From assembly GCA_015063725.1 (NCBI GenBank), contig SVTP01000001.1:38410-102409 (forward strand): a stretch of DNA of 64,000 bases, written 5' to 3'. A program made the position numbers and the translations under genes. How positions within the stretch are numbered: the stretch's first letter is position 1; each line of letters opens with the position of its first letter. The DNA comes from Oscillospiraceae bacterium (lineage in GTDB: Bacteria; Bacillota; Clostridia; Oscillospirales; CAG-272). Shown piece by piece: positions 54,467 through 63,981 of the stretch. The notes beneath the pieces were generated by a model that was not told the origin of the DNA, ran no database searches, and saw only the letters and a program-made list of their open reading frames with translations.

Positions 54467-56794
54467 TTACATACAAAGAACGCTGATAGAGTCACCCTCA
54501 ACCGTTACCTTTGCCATACTATAGCTGTGCGTGTAGTCGGCAATGATCTTTTCGGCAAGGCGATCCTCAACTTCTTTTTGAATATAGCGGCGCATATTAC
54601 GCGCACCGAATTTGCGTGAGTAGGATGCTTTTGCAATCAGTGCCAAAGCTTCATCCGTATAAGTGAGTGCAATGGATTTTTCGGCAAGAGAGGTCTTGAG
54701 CTCCTCAAGCATGATGCGTGCGATGCTGACAAAGTCCTCCTCATCAAGCTGACGGAAGGTGATGATCTCATCCACGCGGTTGATGAACTCGGGGCGCAAA
54801 AAGCCCTCAAGAGCCTTTTGCGTTTTGCTCTCGGCGGCGGTCTGTTCGCTAACAGCAAAGCCTGCGGTAGCACCTGTGCGGTCGGAGCCTGCGTTGGTGG
54901 TCATGACAATAACGGTATTTTCAAAATTGACTGTTTTGCCGCGTGCATCGGTGATGCGACCGTCGTCAAGGATCTGCAAAAGGATATTGAGCACGTCGGG
55001 GTGTGCCTTCTCAATTTCGTCAAAAAGAACGATGGAATACGGACGGCGGCGGATCTTTTCGGTCAGCTGCCCTGCCTCGTCATAGCCAACATATCCGGGA
55101 GGCGCTCCGATAATGCGAGAAACACTGTGTTTTTCCATAAACTCGGACATATCGAGACGGATCAGCGTTTCGGGCGAATGGAAAAGCTCGTTTGCGAGCG
55201 TTTTGACAAGCTCGGTCTTTCCCACACCGGTAGGTCCTGCAAAAATAAAGGAAACAGGCTTTCTCTTGTATGCAATTCCCGCGCGGTGGCGCTTGATCGC
55301 CTTGGAAACTGCCGCAACTGCGGTATCCTGACCGACGATGTGCTCCTTGAGACGGCTCTCAAGGCGGTCAATCTGTGCAAATTCGTTCTCGGTAATGCTA
55401 GTTGCCGGAACACCCGTCCAAAGCTCGATCACATTTGCGATCTCTTCTTCGGTAAGGGTAACAGTCTGCGTTTCGGGTTCAATTTCAGCAAGGCGCTCGG
55501 AGAGCTTAAGCTCCTCGGCACGAACATTTGCAATCTCCTCATAGCGGCTCTGCTCTACCGAATCGTTGCCTGCGATCTCGCCCTCAAGCGCTTCTCTCTT
55601 TTGTTTGAGGTCAAGAAGTCTGTCGCGGATGCGATAGGACTCGTTGATGACTGCAGAGGAAAGCGAGAGTGCCGATGCGGCTTCGTCCAAAAGGTCGATC
55701 GCCTTATCGGGCAGATATCGGTCGGTGATATAGCGCTCGGAGAGCACAACGGCGCGACGCAAAACAGACTCGGGGACAATAACACCGTGGAATTCCTCGT
55801 AATAATGCTTAATGCCTGCGAGCATTTCCATCGTCTCCTCAACAGAGGGCTCATTGACGGTTACGGGCTGGAAGCGACGCTCGAGTGCGGAATCCTTTTC
55901 GATATATTTGCGGTATTCATTCAGGGTGGTGGCACCAATGATCTGTACCTCGCCGCGTGAGAGTGCGGGCTTGAGGATATTAGCGGCATTCACACTTCCC
56001 TCTGCATCCCCTGCACCAACGATATTGTGAACCTCGTCAATAACAAGAATGGCATTGCCAACGGCGTTGACCTCTGCCAAAAGACCGAGAATACGGGATT
56101 CAAACTGTCCGCGGAACTGTGTGCCTGCTACAAGAGCGGTCATATCCAACAGATAGATCTCTTTGCCTTGAAGCTTGTAAGGAACGTTACCGGATGCGAT
56201 GCGGATCGCAAGTGCCTCGGCAATGGCGGTCTTACCGACACCGGGTTCACCAATGAGGCATGGGTTATTCTTTTGTCTGCGGCAAAGAATTTGAATGACG
56301 CGCGAAAGCTCGCGATCACGACCGATGATCTGATCAAGCTTTCCCTCGCGCGCATATTGCGTGAGATTGCGACTGTATGTTGGCAAAAACTTAAGCTTTT
56401 TTTCTTCTTTTGCCCGCTTTTTATCGGATTTTTTATCGTTTGGATTGGCTTTGGGAGCATCGGGCAGATTGCCGTCAGGCTTTTGCGCAAAGAGTCCCGC
56501 ATCGCGGAAGAGCTTGGGGAGATCGATCGCAGGTGCACCGCCATCCTCGTTGTCGTCCGCATCGGAAGGAGTTTCGGTGTTTGCAAGCATTGCGTTGATA
56601 TCATCCTCGGCTCCCTCGAGCTGCTCGGGAGAAATGCCAAACTGACCCATAACGTTGCCAACGAGATTATCTACGGGCACGCCCATCTCTTTGGCACATT
56701 TGAGGCAGAGCCCCTTTGTGCTCTTTTCGCCGTTTTCCATTTTGGTCACAAATATAACTGCCATACGCTTATGGCATTGTGAACACATTACCAT
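54467..56794 (-). CDS. clpE: ClpE-type Hsp100/Clp ATPase (N-terminal zinc ribbon instead of Clp_N repeats)
   Basis: [12 protein letters not shown]...[11 protein letters not shown] zinc ribbon, two AAA+ modules ([16 protein letters not shown]) and an AGF ClpP-loop-like tripeptide. Start uncertain. ATG 56794 is preferred because the GTG 56839 alternative lies inside the hairpin at 56829-56860. Confidence 0.85.
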   Translation of the reverse strand: MVMCSQCHKRMAVIFVTKMENGEKSTKGLCLKCAKEMGVPVDNLVGNVMGQFGISPEQLEGAEDDINAMLANTETPSDADDNEDGGAPAIDLPKLFRDAGLFAQKPDGNLPDAPKANPNDKKSDKKRAKEEKKLKFLPTYSRNLTQYAREGKLDQIIGRDRELSRVIQILCRRQKNNPCLIGEPGVGKTAIAEALAIRIASGNVPYKLQGKEIYLLDMTALVAGTQFRGQFESRILGLLAEVNAVGNAILVIDEVHNIVGAGDAEGSVNAANILKPALSRGEVQIIGATTLNEYRKYIEKDSALERRFQPVTVNEPSVEETMEMLAGIKHYYEEFHGVIVPESVLRRAVVLSERYITDRYLPDKAIDLLDEAASALSLSSAVINESYRIRDRLLDLKQKREALEGEIAGNDSVEQSRYEEIANVRAEELKLSERLAEIEPETQTVTLTEEEIANVIELWTGVPATSITENEFAQIDRLESRLKEHIVGQDTAVAAVSKAIKRHRAGIAYKRKPVSFIFAGPTGVGKTELVKTLANELFHSPETLIRLDMSEFMEKHSVSRIIGAPPGYVGYDEAGQLTEKIRRRPYSIVLFDEIEKAHPDVLNILLQILDDGRITDARGKTVNFENTVIVMTTNAGSDRTGATAGFAVSEQTAAESKTQKALEGFLRPEFINRVDEIITFRQLDEEDFVSIARIMLEELKTSLAEKSIALTYTDEALALIAKASYSRKFGARNMRRYIQKEVEDRLAEKIIADYTHSYSMAKVTVEGDSISVLCM

Positions 56795-56828
56795 GGGAAT
56801 AAATGAGTCCTTTCTTTGGGATTTTTTG

Positions 56829-56860
56829 AAAAAGCCCACCGAAGAAACGGCAGGCTTTTT
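56829..56860 (-). terminator. intrinsic terminator after cvpA, only ~35 nt upstream of the clpE start
   Basis: Minus strand: AAAAAGCCTGCCG-TTTCTT-CGGTGGGCTTTTT, a GC stem with two G:U pairs and an A5/U5 clamp. Confidence 0.6.
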
Positions 56861-56889
56861 CGGGAACTATTTGGTCAGGGTTCTTTCTA

Positions 56890-57456
56890 TCAGGAGAAAA
56901 GATTACCCAAGAATTCAACAATAACCGTTTGCGAATAGATAACATCCTTAACATCCAAGAACTTGATGATGGAAGCAATAACAACGAGAACGATAGCGCC
57001 CATTACAGTACCGAAGATACCACCGAGAACATGGTTAGCGGTGCCGAGAATAGCAATCTTATCGGTGATCTTGGTCAGAAGCCAGCCAACGATAGCGAGT
57101 ACGATGAATGCCAGAATGAAGACCAAAACGTAACCGATAAGGTTGGAAATAATACCGGAAATCGATTGAGCCAGAGGAAGAACGCCCTCTTCTACCGTGC
57201 CGGGAGCGGGACGGAGAAAATCGGGCAACTTATCAGCAGCTCCCATACCTGTTTTATTCAACCAATCGTAAACGGGTTGGAAAACGAAACGGTCTTTGAT
57301 GAATTGACCTGCGATAGGACCTACAAAATATGTGATAAGGATGGCGAGCAGGAACTTAGCAGACTGGATCAAGCTCTTGATAAAGCCTCTTTTTGCGCCT
57401 ACTGCAATAAAGATCACAGCGATAAGTACAAACAGAATGTCGAGAATAAGTGGCAT
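56890..57456 (-). CDS. cvpA: CvpA family membrane protein
   Basis: MPLILDILFVLIAVIFIAVGAKRGFIKSL is a typical CvpA N-terminus. Four TM helices. ATG 57456 follows an AAAGGAG RBS. Confidence 0.85.
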   Translation of the reverse strand: MPLILDILFVLIAVIFIAVGAKRGFIKSLIQSAKFLLAILITYFVGPIAGQFIKDRFVFQPVYDWLNKTGMGAADKLPDFLRPAPGTVEEGVLPLAQSISGIISNLIGYVLVFILAFIVLAIVGWLLTKITDKIAILGTANHVLGGIFGTVMGAIVLVVIASIIKFLDVKDVIYSQTVIVEFLGNLFS

Positions 57457-57482
57457 AATTAAAATCTCCTTTTTAAAAATTT

Positions 57483-58712
57483 TTATGTGCGGAAGGTTAT
57501 GTAAACTGCCTTTTGCGGCGAACAAAGCAAAATCTCTTTGTCATCCAAGGCAAGCAACCTTTTACCGTCCGTTGCATATTCCTCAAAAGCGATCTCACCG
57601 CTTGCTATGTCAAGTCGGCTCACGCCGGCGTGATCGGTCCAGAACAATGCTCCTTCCCGATACGCAAGATCGGTAATGCTTTGCGGAATAACATCATTAT
57701 ACACTATTTTTCCGCTTTTGTCAAATATAATTATTATATTTTTTTCAGAAATTGCAGTTTTTTTCAAGCAAAGTGCCACACCGTCGCCCGAAAGGTCGGC
57801 AGTTGTGGGGATCTTCCCCTCAAAATCATGGAAAAACTCGACCTCCCCGTCAGCCGAAAGGTATGCCACCCCTGTGGTACAGAGGACTGCAAGCTTACCC
57901 GACTCGGTAAAATGGCACTGCATTCCCATAGAGGATGCGATCACATTTTCGGAGATAGAACTGCCCTTGCCCGGCTCTGCCAGCATTACAGAGGTAGAAA
58001 CGCCCCCCTTATTGGGCGTTACCGTCAAAATTGCGATGCGGTGACCGTCTGCCGAAATGGCGGCATCCAGCACGTTTCCGCCTTTTTTGTAAACGTTGAT
58101 GAGCGCAAATCGGTTGTTATAGAGATATACGGCAGAATTGGCATCACTCGCTGAGGAAATGATGGCGTACATGCCCGAATCCGAAATTGCCGCACCTGAA
58201 ATGGGATATTCCGTCTCACCTGCATGCATTTGCGTGTTGGCATTGTAAAGCGAGTACTGTTTGCCGCCACGCTCGTATACCAAGAGATATTTGCCCGAGC
58301 CTACGGCTACAGGATCGTTATACTGAATACCGTGGCTGACAAGCTGACGTCCCGTTGCCGAGAAGATGGTCACACCTGTATTCCCTGCCACCGCCAAGCC
58401 CTTGCGGTAGAGCGTAAAACTCTGCTCCTCATCGGTAGAATAAGAAAGAGAATCGTGCGAAAAGATATCCACACGCTCAGCAGATGCGTTCAGATCTTGA
58501 AAGAAATGATAAAAATTCTGGTAAGTAATGAGATTTGTGTTTGTTAAAAAGGCAAACACCACGAATGCAAACAAGGCAAGATAGAGGATGACTTGAAGAA
58601 TGCCCAGCCCTGCCGAGATATTTTCATAGTATTCATTTCCATCTTTTCCAACTGCTACCGCAGGTGCTACTGCAGATCTTGTTGCTTTGGGCTGTCTTTT
58701 TGAAAGCTTCAA
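57483..58712 (-). CDS. membrane-anchored repeat (beta-propeller-like) protein, DUF5711-like
   Basis: 409 aa. N-terminal TM (ILQVILYLALFAFVVFAFL) followed by a repetitive beta-rich region. The family name is recalled from memory only. Confidence 0.45.
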   Translation of the reverse strand: MKLSKRQPKATRSAVAPAVAVGKDGNEYYENISAGLGILQVILYLALFAFVVFAFLTNTNLITYQNFYHFFQDLNASAERVDIFSHDSLSYSTDEEQSFTLYRKGLAVAGNTGVTIFSATGRQLVSHGIQYNDPVAVGSGKYLLVYERGGKQYSLYNANTQMHAGETEYPISGAAISDSGMYAIISSASDANSAVYLYNNRFALINVYKKGGNVLDAAISADGHRIAILTVTPNKGGVSTSVMLAEPGKGSSISENVIASSMGMQCHFTESGKLAVLCTTGVAYLSADGEVEFFHDFEGKIPTTADLSGDGVALCLKKTAISEKNIIIIFDKSGKIVYNDVIPQSITDLAYREGALFWTDHAGVSRLDIASGEIAFEEYATDGKRLLALDDKEILLCSPQKAVYITFRT

Positions 58713-58729
58713 GGTGTTCCTCCTTTCCC

Positions 58730-59488
58730 TTAATACAAAACGCGGTTGAGATAAAGTCCGCAGGCGGGCACTGTCATGCCGGCACGGCTGCGGTCACATG
58801 AGGCGGTAATGGCGGGTATCTCGTCGGGATCGATCTTGCCAAGTCCCACATCAATGAGTGTTCCTGTGATGATACGCACCATATTGTAAAGAAATCCGTC
58901 GGCGCTGATGCGAAGGACAAGCAATTCCCCGTCTCTTTCCACCGAAGCAGATTTGACGGTGCGCACGGTTGTAGCAACCGTTGATCCTTGCGCCATATAG
59001 GCGGCAAAATCCTGTTTGCCCACAAGATGGGCGGCGGCTTGCCTCATGCGTGCCAGGGCGGCATCGTCCAAAACACGCGGCAAATGGTAGGCTCTGCCCT
59101 CCCAAAACGGATCGCGGACGGGGGCGTTGTAGATGCGATAGAGATATTCTTTTTCAAGCACGTCATAGCGTGCATGAAAATCGGATGGCACCCATTTGGC
59201 ATCAAAAACGCTAATATCGGGCGGCAGATGTGCCGAAAAAGCCAGGGGTACACGCTCGGGCGGCAAGGATGTGATGAGGTCATCACATCCCTTTTGTGCA
59301 ACCGTTGCGCAAAATTCGTTGGCATGCACACCGCTATCGGTGCGACTGCAACCAACAATGTCACAGTCATATCCAAAGAGCGTGTGCGCGGCCTCGTTCA
59401 GCTTTTGCTGAATGCTTGGCGCATTCGGCTGCACCTGATAGCCGCAATAATTGGTTCCGAGATATCGGACTTTGATAAAAAGCTTCAT
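58730..59488 (-). CDS. truA: tRNA pseudouridine(38-40) synthase
   Basis: MKLFIKVRYLGTNYCGYQVQ...GCSRTDSGVHA (catalytic Asp). Start at ATG 59488, 2 nt after the ecfT stop. Confidence 0.93.
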   Translation of the reverse strand: MKLFIKVRYLGTNYCGYQVQPNAPSIQQKLNEAAHTLFGYDCDIVGCSRTDSGVHANEFCATVAQKGCDDLITSLPPERVPLAFSAHLPPDISVFDAKWVPSDFHARYDVLEKEYLYRIYNAPVRDPFWEGRAYHLPRVLDDAALARMRQAAAHLVGKQDFAAYMAQGSTVATTVRTVKSASVERDGELLVLRISADGFLYNMVRIITGTLIDVGLGKIDPDEIPAITASCDRSRAGMTVPACGLYLNRVLY

Positions 59489-59490
59489 AA

Positions 59491-60312
59491 TCAGTTCATA
59501 ACGTATCCTAATTGAATTTGGTTGAGCAGAACAAGTCCTACGCAGATGGCAATACCGATCAGCATATAGACGACGTCGGATGCGTGCCACTTCATGACGT
59601 TAAGTCTTGTTCTCCCCTCTCCGCCGTGGTAGCAACGGCATTCCATGGCATCGGCAAGCTGGGTTGCACGATTGATCGCCGAGCTAAAAAGCGGGATGAG
59701 AATGGGAATGAGCGCCTTGACACGCTTGATGAGCGAACCGTTTGTAAAGTCGGCTCCGCGTGCCTTTTGTGCGTTCATGATCTTTTGTGTTTCCTCTGTC
59801 AGGGTGGGGATAAAGCGCAGAGTGATGGACATCATCATGGCAAACACGTGCACGGGTACGTGGAATACCTTCAGCGGTGACAGCAAGGATTCCAGCGCAT
59901 CGGTCAGGTCCATGGGTGTTGTGGTGTAGGTCAAAAAGACGCTGGTTGACGTAATGAGCACAAATATGCGCAAGAACATAAACAAGGCACGCCAAATTCC
60001 CTCGGCATAAATGCGGATCCCCCACACCTCAAGGAGCAGCTTCTCACCGGTGCCAAAAAAGATATTGATGACAACGGTAAAGCCGATGATAAAAAGCAGG
60101 GGCGCGATAGAGCGCACGATGGTTCTTAGGGGAATGCGGCTGATAAGGATCAGCGCGATGCCGATGCACAAAAGTGCCAAAAAGGAGACGGCACTCCGAC
60201 ACAAAAAGGTTGCTACGATAAAGGTGATGGCAACAAGGATCTTAAAGCGTGGATCCATTTTGTGAATGACGGAGTTTGCGGGATAGTACTGACCAAAGGA
60301 AATGCCCTTCAT
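59491..60312 (-). CDS. ecfT: energy-coupling factor transporter transmembrane protein EcfT
   Basis: 273 aa. The YYPANSVIHKMDPRFK N-terminus and the ARG..F coupling-helix region (QKARGADFTNG) are typical of EcfT. Confidence 0.92.
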   Translation of the reverse strand: MKGISFGQYYPANSVIHKMDPRFKILVAITFIVATFLCRSAVSFLALLCIGIALILISRIPLRTIVRSIAPLLFIIGFTVVINIFFGTGEKLLLEVWGIRIYAEGIWRALFMFLRIFVLITSTSVFLTYTTTPMDLTDALESLLSPLKVFHVPVHVFAMMMSITLRFIPTLTEETQKIMNAQKARGADFTNGSLIKRVKALIPILIPLFSSAINRATQLADAMECRCYHGGEGRTRLNVMKWHASDVVYMLIGIAICVGLVLLNQIQLGYVMN

Positions 60313-61265
60313 CGACCGTCACCCCCTCTCAAAAACAGCTCTTTGAGAGCGGCAGTAGCCTCGGCTACGGTATAGACGTTTTTAGGGGCATCGATGCCTC
60401 GCTCGCGCAAAAGACGCATCAAATGAGTGATCTGTGGCACATCAAGCCCTGTTTCGGCAAGCTCCTCAACGTGTGCGAATACTTCCTCACGCGTTCCTTG
60501 ACGCAGAATTTTCGCACCTGCGAGGACAACAACATCATCCGAATAGCGCGCCATATCCTCCATACTGTGGCTGACGATGAGCACCGTAGAGCCTGTTTTT
60601 CTTTGATATGCGCGGATGCCCTCAAAAATAAAGGTACGACCAAGGGGATCCAGTCCTGCCGCAGGCTCGTCCAACACCAGCACCTCGGGACGCATTGCGA
60701 TTACGCCTGCAAGGGCTACGCGGCGCTTTTGACCGCCTGAGAGATCAAAAGGAGACTTGTTTAAAAGCTCCTCTCCAACGTCACAAAAAGCGGCAGCTTC
60801 GAGAACACGTGTGCGGATCTCCTCCTCACCGAGCCCCATATTGCGAGGACCAAATGCGATATCGGCATATACGGTCTCCTCAAATAGCTGATATTCTGGA
60901 TATTGCATCACAAGACCGATGCGGAAGCAAAGCTTTGACTTTCTTTCGCGGATCTCTGCCTGCATTTTCTTTTTTCGTTTGCGTGGGGACAGGGGTGCGT
61001 ATTCTTCCCTCTCGCTCCACGCATCGTACACGTCGGTGACGGTACTGTTGATGTCGTATCCATCTATGAGCACCCTGCCGGCATTTGGCTTGATAAGCCC
61101 ATTGAGCAGCTGCATCATAGTGGATTTTCCGGAGCCCGTATGACCGATGATGCCGGTGATGCACCCCTCTCGGATGCCCAACGAGACGTCATCGAGCGCG
61201 ACCTGCTCGTATGGCGTGCCGCGACTGTAAACGTAGCTCACGTGATCAAGATATATCTTATCCAT
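60309..61265 (-). CDS. ecfA2: ECF transporter ATPase EcfA2 (with ~25-aa basic insertion)
   Basis: Walker A GHTGSGKST, signature LSGGQKRRVA, Walker B VLVLDEP. Insertion STVTDVYDAWSEREEYAPLSPRKRKKKMQAEI lies before the Q-loop. Confidence 0.9.
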   Translation of the reverse strand: MDKIYLDHVSYVYSRGTPYEQVALDDVSLGIREGCITGIIGHTGSGKSTMMQLLNGLIKPNAGRVLIDGYDINSTVTDVYDAWSEREEYAPLSPRKRKKKMQAEIRERKSKLCFRIGLVMQYPEYQLFEETVYADIAFGPRNMGLGEEEIRTRVLEAAAFCDVGEELLNKSPFDLSGGQKRRVALAGVIAMRPEVLVLDEPAAGLDPLGRTFIFEGIRAYQRKTGSTVLIVSHSMEDMARYSDDVVVLAGAKILRQGTREEVFAHVEELAETGLDVPQITHLMRLLRERGIDAPKNVYTVAEATAALKELFLRGGDGR

Positions 61266-61280
61266 TGTGTTCCTCTTTGG

Positions 61281-62156
61281 TTATTTTGCGTGTTTGGTAA
61301 AGGCTTTTTGCAAAAGATCGGCACAAGCCTCGGGAGATGACAGTGTTTCGCCGTCAATTGGGACGCCTGCGTCACGCAGGGCGTGGATAAGCTCGGCGCA
61401 TTGCGGAACCTCAAGCCCCACCTCGTGCAAAGCATCGCGCTGTGCAAAAATTTGGTCGGGCGTGCCATCCATCAGGAGCTTGCCATCGTTGATAACGATG
61501 ATGCGATCTGCCTCTGCCGCCTCGTTCATATAGTGCGTAATGTTGAGCACCGTCATACCGTGCTCGCGGTTGAGCTTGCGGATGGTATCGAGCACCTCGC
61601 GGCGTCCGCCGGGGTCAAGCATGGCGGTGGATTCGTCAAAAACAACACACTGCGGCATCATTGCAAGAATGCCTGCAATGGCAACACGCTGCTTTTGTCC
61701 GCCCGAAAGGCGATGCGGCTCGTGCTTGGCGTAAGGTGTCATACCAACGGTTTCAAGTGCATAATCGACACGGCGGCGGAGCTCCTCACGCTCGATGCCG
61801 AGGTTCTCGGGACCAAATGCAACGTCTTGCTCCACAACGGTGGCAACGAGCTGATTATCGGGGTTTTGAAAGACCATGCCAACGTTCTTGCGCAAATTGA
61901 GAATCTCCTCATCGGAAAGATCCTTGCGAGAAAGTTCAAGACCACCAACCGTCAATTCGCCCGACGTGGGCTCGAGTATATAGTTAAGAAGCTTTGCAAA
62001 GGTGGATTTGCCCGAGCCGTTGTGACCGAGCACCGCTACGTATTCACCGCGGCAAATATCCACCGAAAAGTTTTGCAGCGCGGGGTTCTCCTCTCTTCCC
62101 TCCTCGTCGGCATAGGAGAAGCAGAGATCCCGTGCATGAATGAAAATATCAGACAA
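61281..62156 (-). CDS. ecfA1: ECF transporter ATPase EcfA1
   Basis: Walker A GHNGSGKST, signature LSGGQKQRVAIA, Walker B CVVFDEST. Confidence 0.92.
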   Translation of the reverse strand: MSDIFIHARDLCFSYADEEGREENPALQNFSVDICRGEYVAVLGHNGSGKSTFAKLLNYILEPTSGELTVGGLELSRKDLSDEEILNLRKNVGMVFQNPDNQLVATVVEQDVAFGPENLGIEREELRRRVDYALETVGMTPYAKHEPHRLSGGQKQRVAIAGILAMMPQCVVFDESTAMLDPGGRREVLDTIRKLNREHGMTVLNITHYMNEAAEADRIIVINDGKLLMDGTPDQIFAQRDALHEVGLEVPQCAELIHALRDAGVPIDGETLSSPEACADLLQKAFTKHAK

Positions 62157-62178
62157 AACGGTTTTATCCTTTCAAGGG

Positions 62179-63051
62179 TTAGTTTTGGGGTTTGAGATAC
62201 CAACGCGAGCTTGCTCCGCAGGGCAAGAATGCGCCGGTTTGGGTAACCTTGAGTCCAAGCTCTCCCGACTCGATCACGCCGCCGTAGCGTGCGCGAACCT
62301 TCAGTTCCAAGAGATAGCTCATCGTCAAGGGAGAGAGTCCTGTGGTATAGGAGTTGACCAGGAAAAAGAGCGGTTCATCAGAGAGCAGTTGTGCGGTGAG
62401 TGTGATAAGCTCGTTGATGCTTTCCTCTAGCTTCCAGACTTCACCGCCGGGACCTCTGCCGTAAGAGGGCGGGTCCATAATGATGCCATCGTAATGGTTG
62501 CCGCGGCGGATCTCACGCTCAACAAACTTTTTGCAGTCGTCAACAATGTAGCGGATGGGAGCTTCGGCAAGTCCTGAGAGCGCGGCATTCTCCTTTGCCT
62601 GCGCAACAATGCCCTTGGAAGCATCAACGTGCACCACGGATGCCCCTGCTTTTGCGGCAGCTACCGTTGCACCGCCTGTGTAAGCGAAAAGATTGAGCAC
62701 CTTAATGGGACGTTTTGCCTCACGAATGAGCCCCGAGAACCAATCCCAGTTAGCAGCCTGCTCGGGAAAAAGCCCCGTGTGCTTAAAGCCCATCGGGCGC
62801 AGAACAAAGCCAAGGTCGCCGTACCCGATCTTCCAGGATTCGGGCAAATTGTTCTTTACCCATGCGCCGCCGCCAGAGTGAGAACGACGGTAAATACCGT
62901 CGGCTTTTTTCCAAGCGGGATGCTTGGCAACCCCTTTCCAGATGATCTGCGGATCGGGACGAATGAGGATCAGGTTCCCCCAACGCTCCAGCCTTTCGCC
63001 GTCCGATGTATCAAGTAATTCATAATCTTTCCAATTCTCAGAAAACCACAT
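62179..63051 (-). CDS. class I SAM-dependent methyltransferase (RlmI/RlmK-like, no PUA domain)
   Basis: 290 aa. VLNLFAYTGGATVAAAKAGA (motif I) and IIMDPPSYGRG (motif IV DPP). Confidence 0.8.
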   Translation of the reverse strand: MWFSENWKDYELLDTSDGERLERWGNLILIRPDPQIIWKGVAKHPAWKKADGIYRRSHSGGGAWVKNNLPESWKIGYGDLGFVLRPMGFKHTGLFPEQAANWDWFSGLIREAKRPIKVLNLFAYTGGATVAAAKAGASVVHVDASKGIVAQAKENAALSGLAEAPIRYIVDDCKKFVEREIRRGNHYDGIIMDPPSYGRGPGGEVWKLEESINELITLTAQLLSDEPLFFLVNSYTTGLSPLTMSYLLELKVRARYGGVIESGELGLKVTQTGAFLPCGASSRWYLKPQN

Positions 63052-63069
63052 AATCTCTATCCTTTTCGC

Positions 63070-63567
63070 TTATTTGTTGAAGTACTGTGCAAGTCTTGAT
63101 GCGCCGCTGTGCGCGTGACAAATGGCAATGGCAAGTGCATCGGCTGTGTCATCGGGGCGCGGCGGCTTGGGGAGCCCCAAGAGCATTGTCACCATCGAGA
63201 TGACCTGTCTCTTTTCCGCTCTGCCGTATCCAACCACCGCTTGCTTGACCTGCGGCGGTGTGTATTCAAAGATGGGGACGCAGGCAAGCTCGGCAGCAAG
63301 CAGAATAATACCCCTTGCCTCGGCTACGCGAATACCCGTTGTAATGTTGTTGGTAAAGAAAAGCTCCTCGACTGCCATGGCATCGGGATGATACTTTTCG
63401 ATCAGCTCGTTCATCCCCTCAAAAATGAGGCGCAGACGTTCTTCGGTGCGCGTTCCCTTGGGAGTGTTGATAGAACCGTAAGCTATTGTGCGGAACTTTG
63501 CGTTCTGATATTCGATAACTCCCCAACCGACAATTGCAAGTCCGGGGTCAATGCCCAAAATGATCAA
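63070..63567 (-). CDS. ruvC: crossover junction endodeoxyribonuclease RuvC
   Basis: IILGIDPGLAIVGWGVIE ... DAMAVEELFF ... DDTADALAIAICHA. TTG start after an AGGAGAA RBS. Confidence 0.92.
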   Translation of the reverse strand: MIILGIDPGLAIVGWGVIEYQNAKFRTIAYGSINTPKGTRTEERLRLIFEGMNELIEKYHPDAMAVEELFFTNNITTGIRVAEARGIILLAAELACVPIFEYTPPQVKQAVVGYGRAEKRQVISMVTMLLGLPKPPRPDDTADALAIAICHAHSGASRLAQYFNK

Positions 63568-63606
63568 AATCGTTCTCCTATCCTGTGTACATAAATATCC
63601 AAGATA

Positions 63607-63635
63607 ATTATAACACCTTTCTCTCTAAAAGTCAA
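63607..63635 (-). promoter_or_regulatory. ruvC-operon promoter: TTGACT-17-TATAAT (TGt extended -10)
   Basis: Minus strand: TTGACT (63635..63630) and TATAAT (63612..63607). Confidence 0.6.
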
Positions 63636-63688
63636 ACAATTTATGCGTATTTTTTTGGAAAAAGCTGATAAAATTTGTATAAAGTCGG

Positions 63689-63717
63689 TTTACAGGACGC
63701 TTTTTTTATGTTATAAT
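63689..63717 (+). promoter_or_regulatory. promoter of the DUF951 gene: TTTACA-17-TATAAT with TATGt extended -10
   Basis: TTTACA at 63689-63694 and TATAAT at 63712-63717. Confidence 0.55.
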
Positions 63718-63752
63718 AAGTTGATACTGTATTTTAGGAGTGAGGAAACCGT

Positions 63753-63968
63753 ATGACTATTCTTCCCCTGCACCCCGAGGACCGCGTTCAAATGAAAAAG
63801 CCCCACCCCTGCGGCGGCAAGATCTTTCGTATTTTGCGCGTTGGCAGCCAAGTGCGCGTAGTGTGTGAAAGCTGCGGACGGGATATGACCTTGGACCGAG
63901 TCAAGCTTGAAAAAGCGATCAAGCAAATTTTAACAACTGCTACCGATTCCCCCACAGGAAGTAACTGA
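63753..63968 (+). CDS. DUF951 family small protein
   Basis: 71 aa. MKKPHPCGGKIFRILRVGSQVRVVCESCGRDMTLDR matches the DUF951 pattern. Confidence 0.8.
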   Translation: MTILPLHPEDRVQMKKPHPCGGKIFRILRVGSQVRVVCESCGRDMTLDRVKLEKAIKQILTTATDSPTGSN

Positions 63969-63981
63969 GGAGATACTGGAT

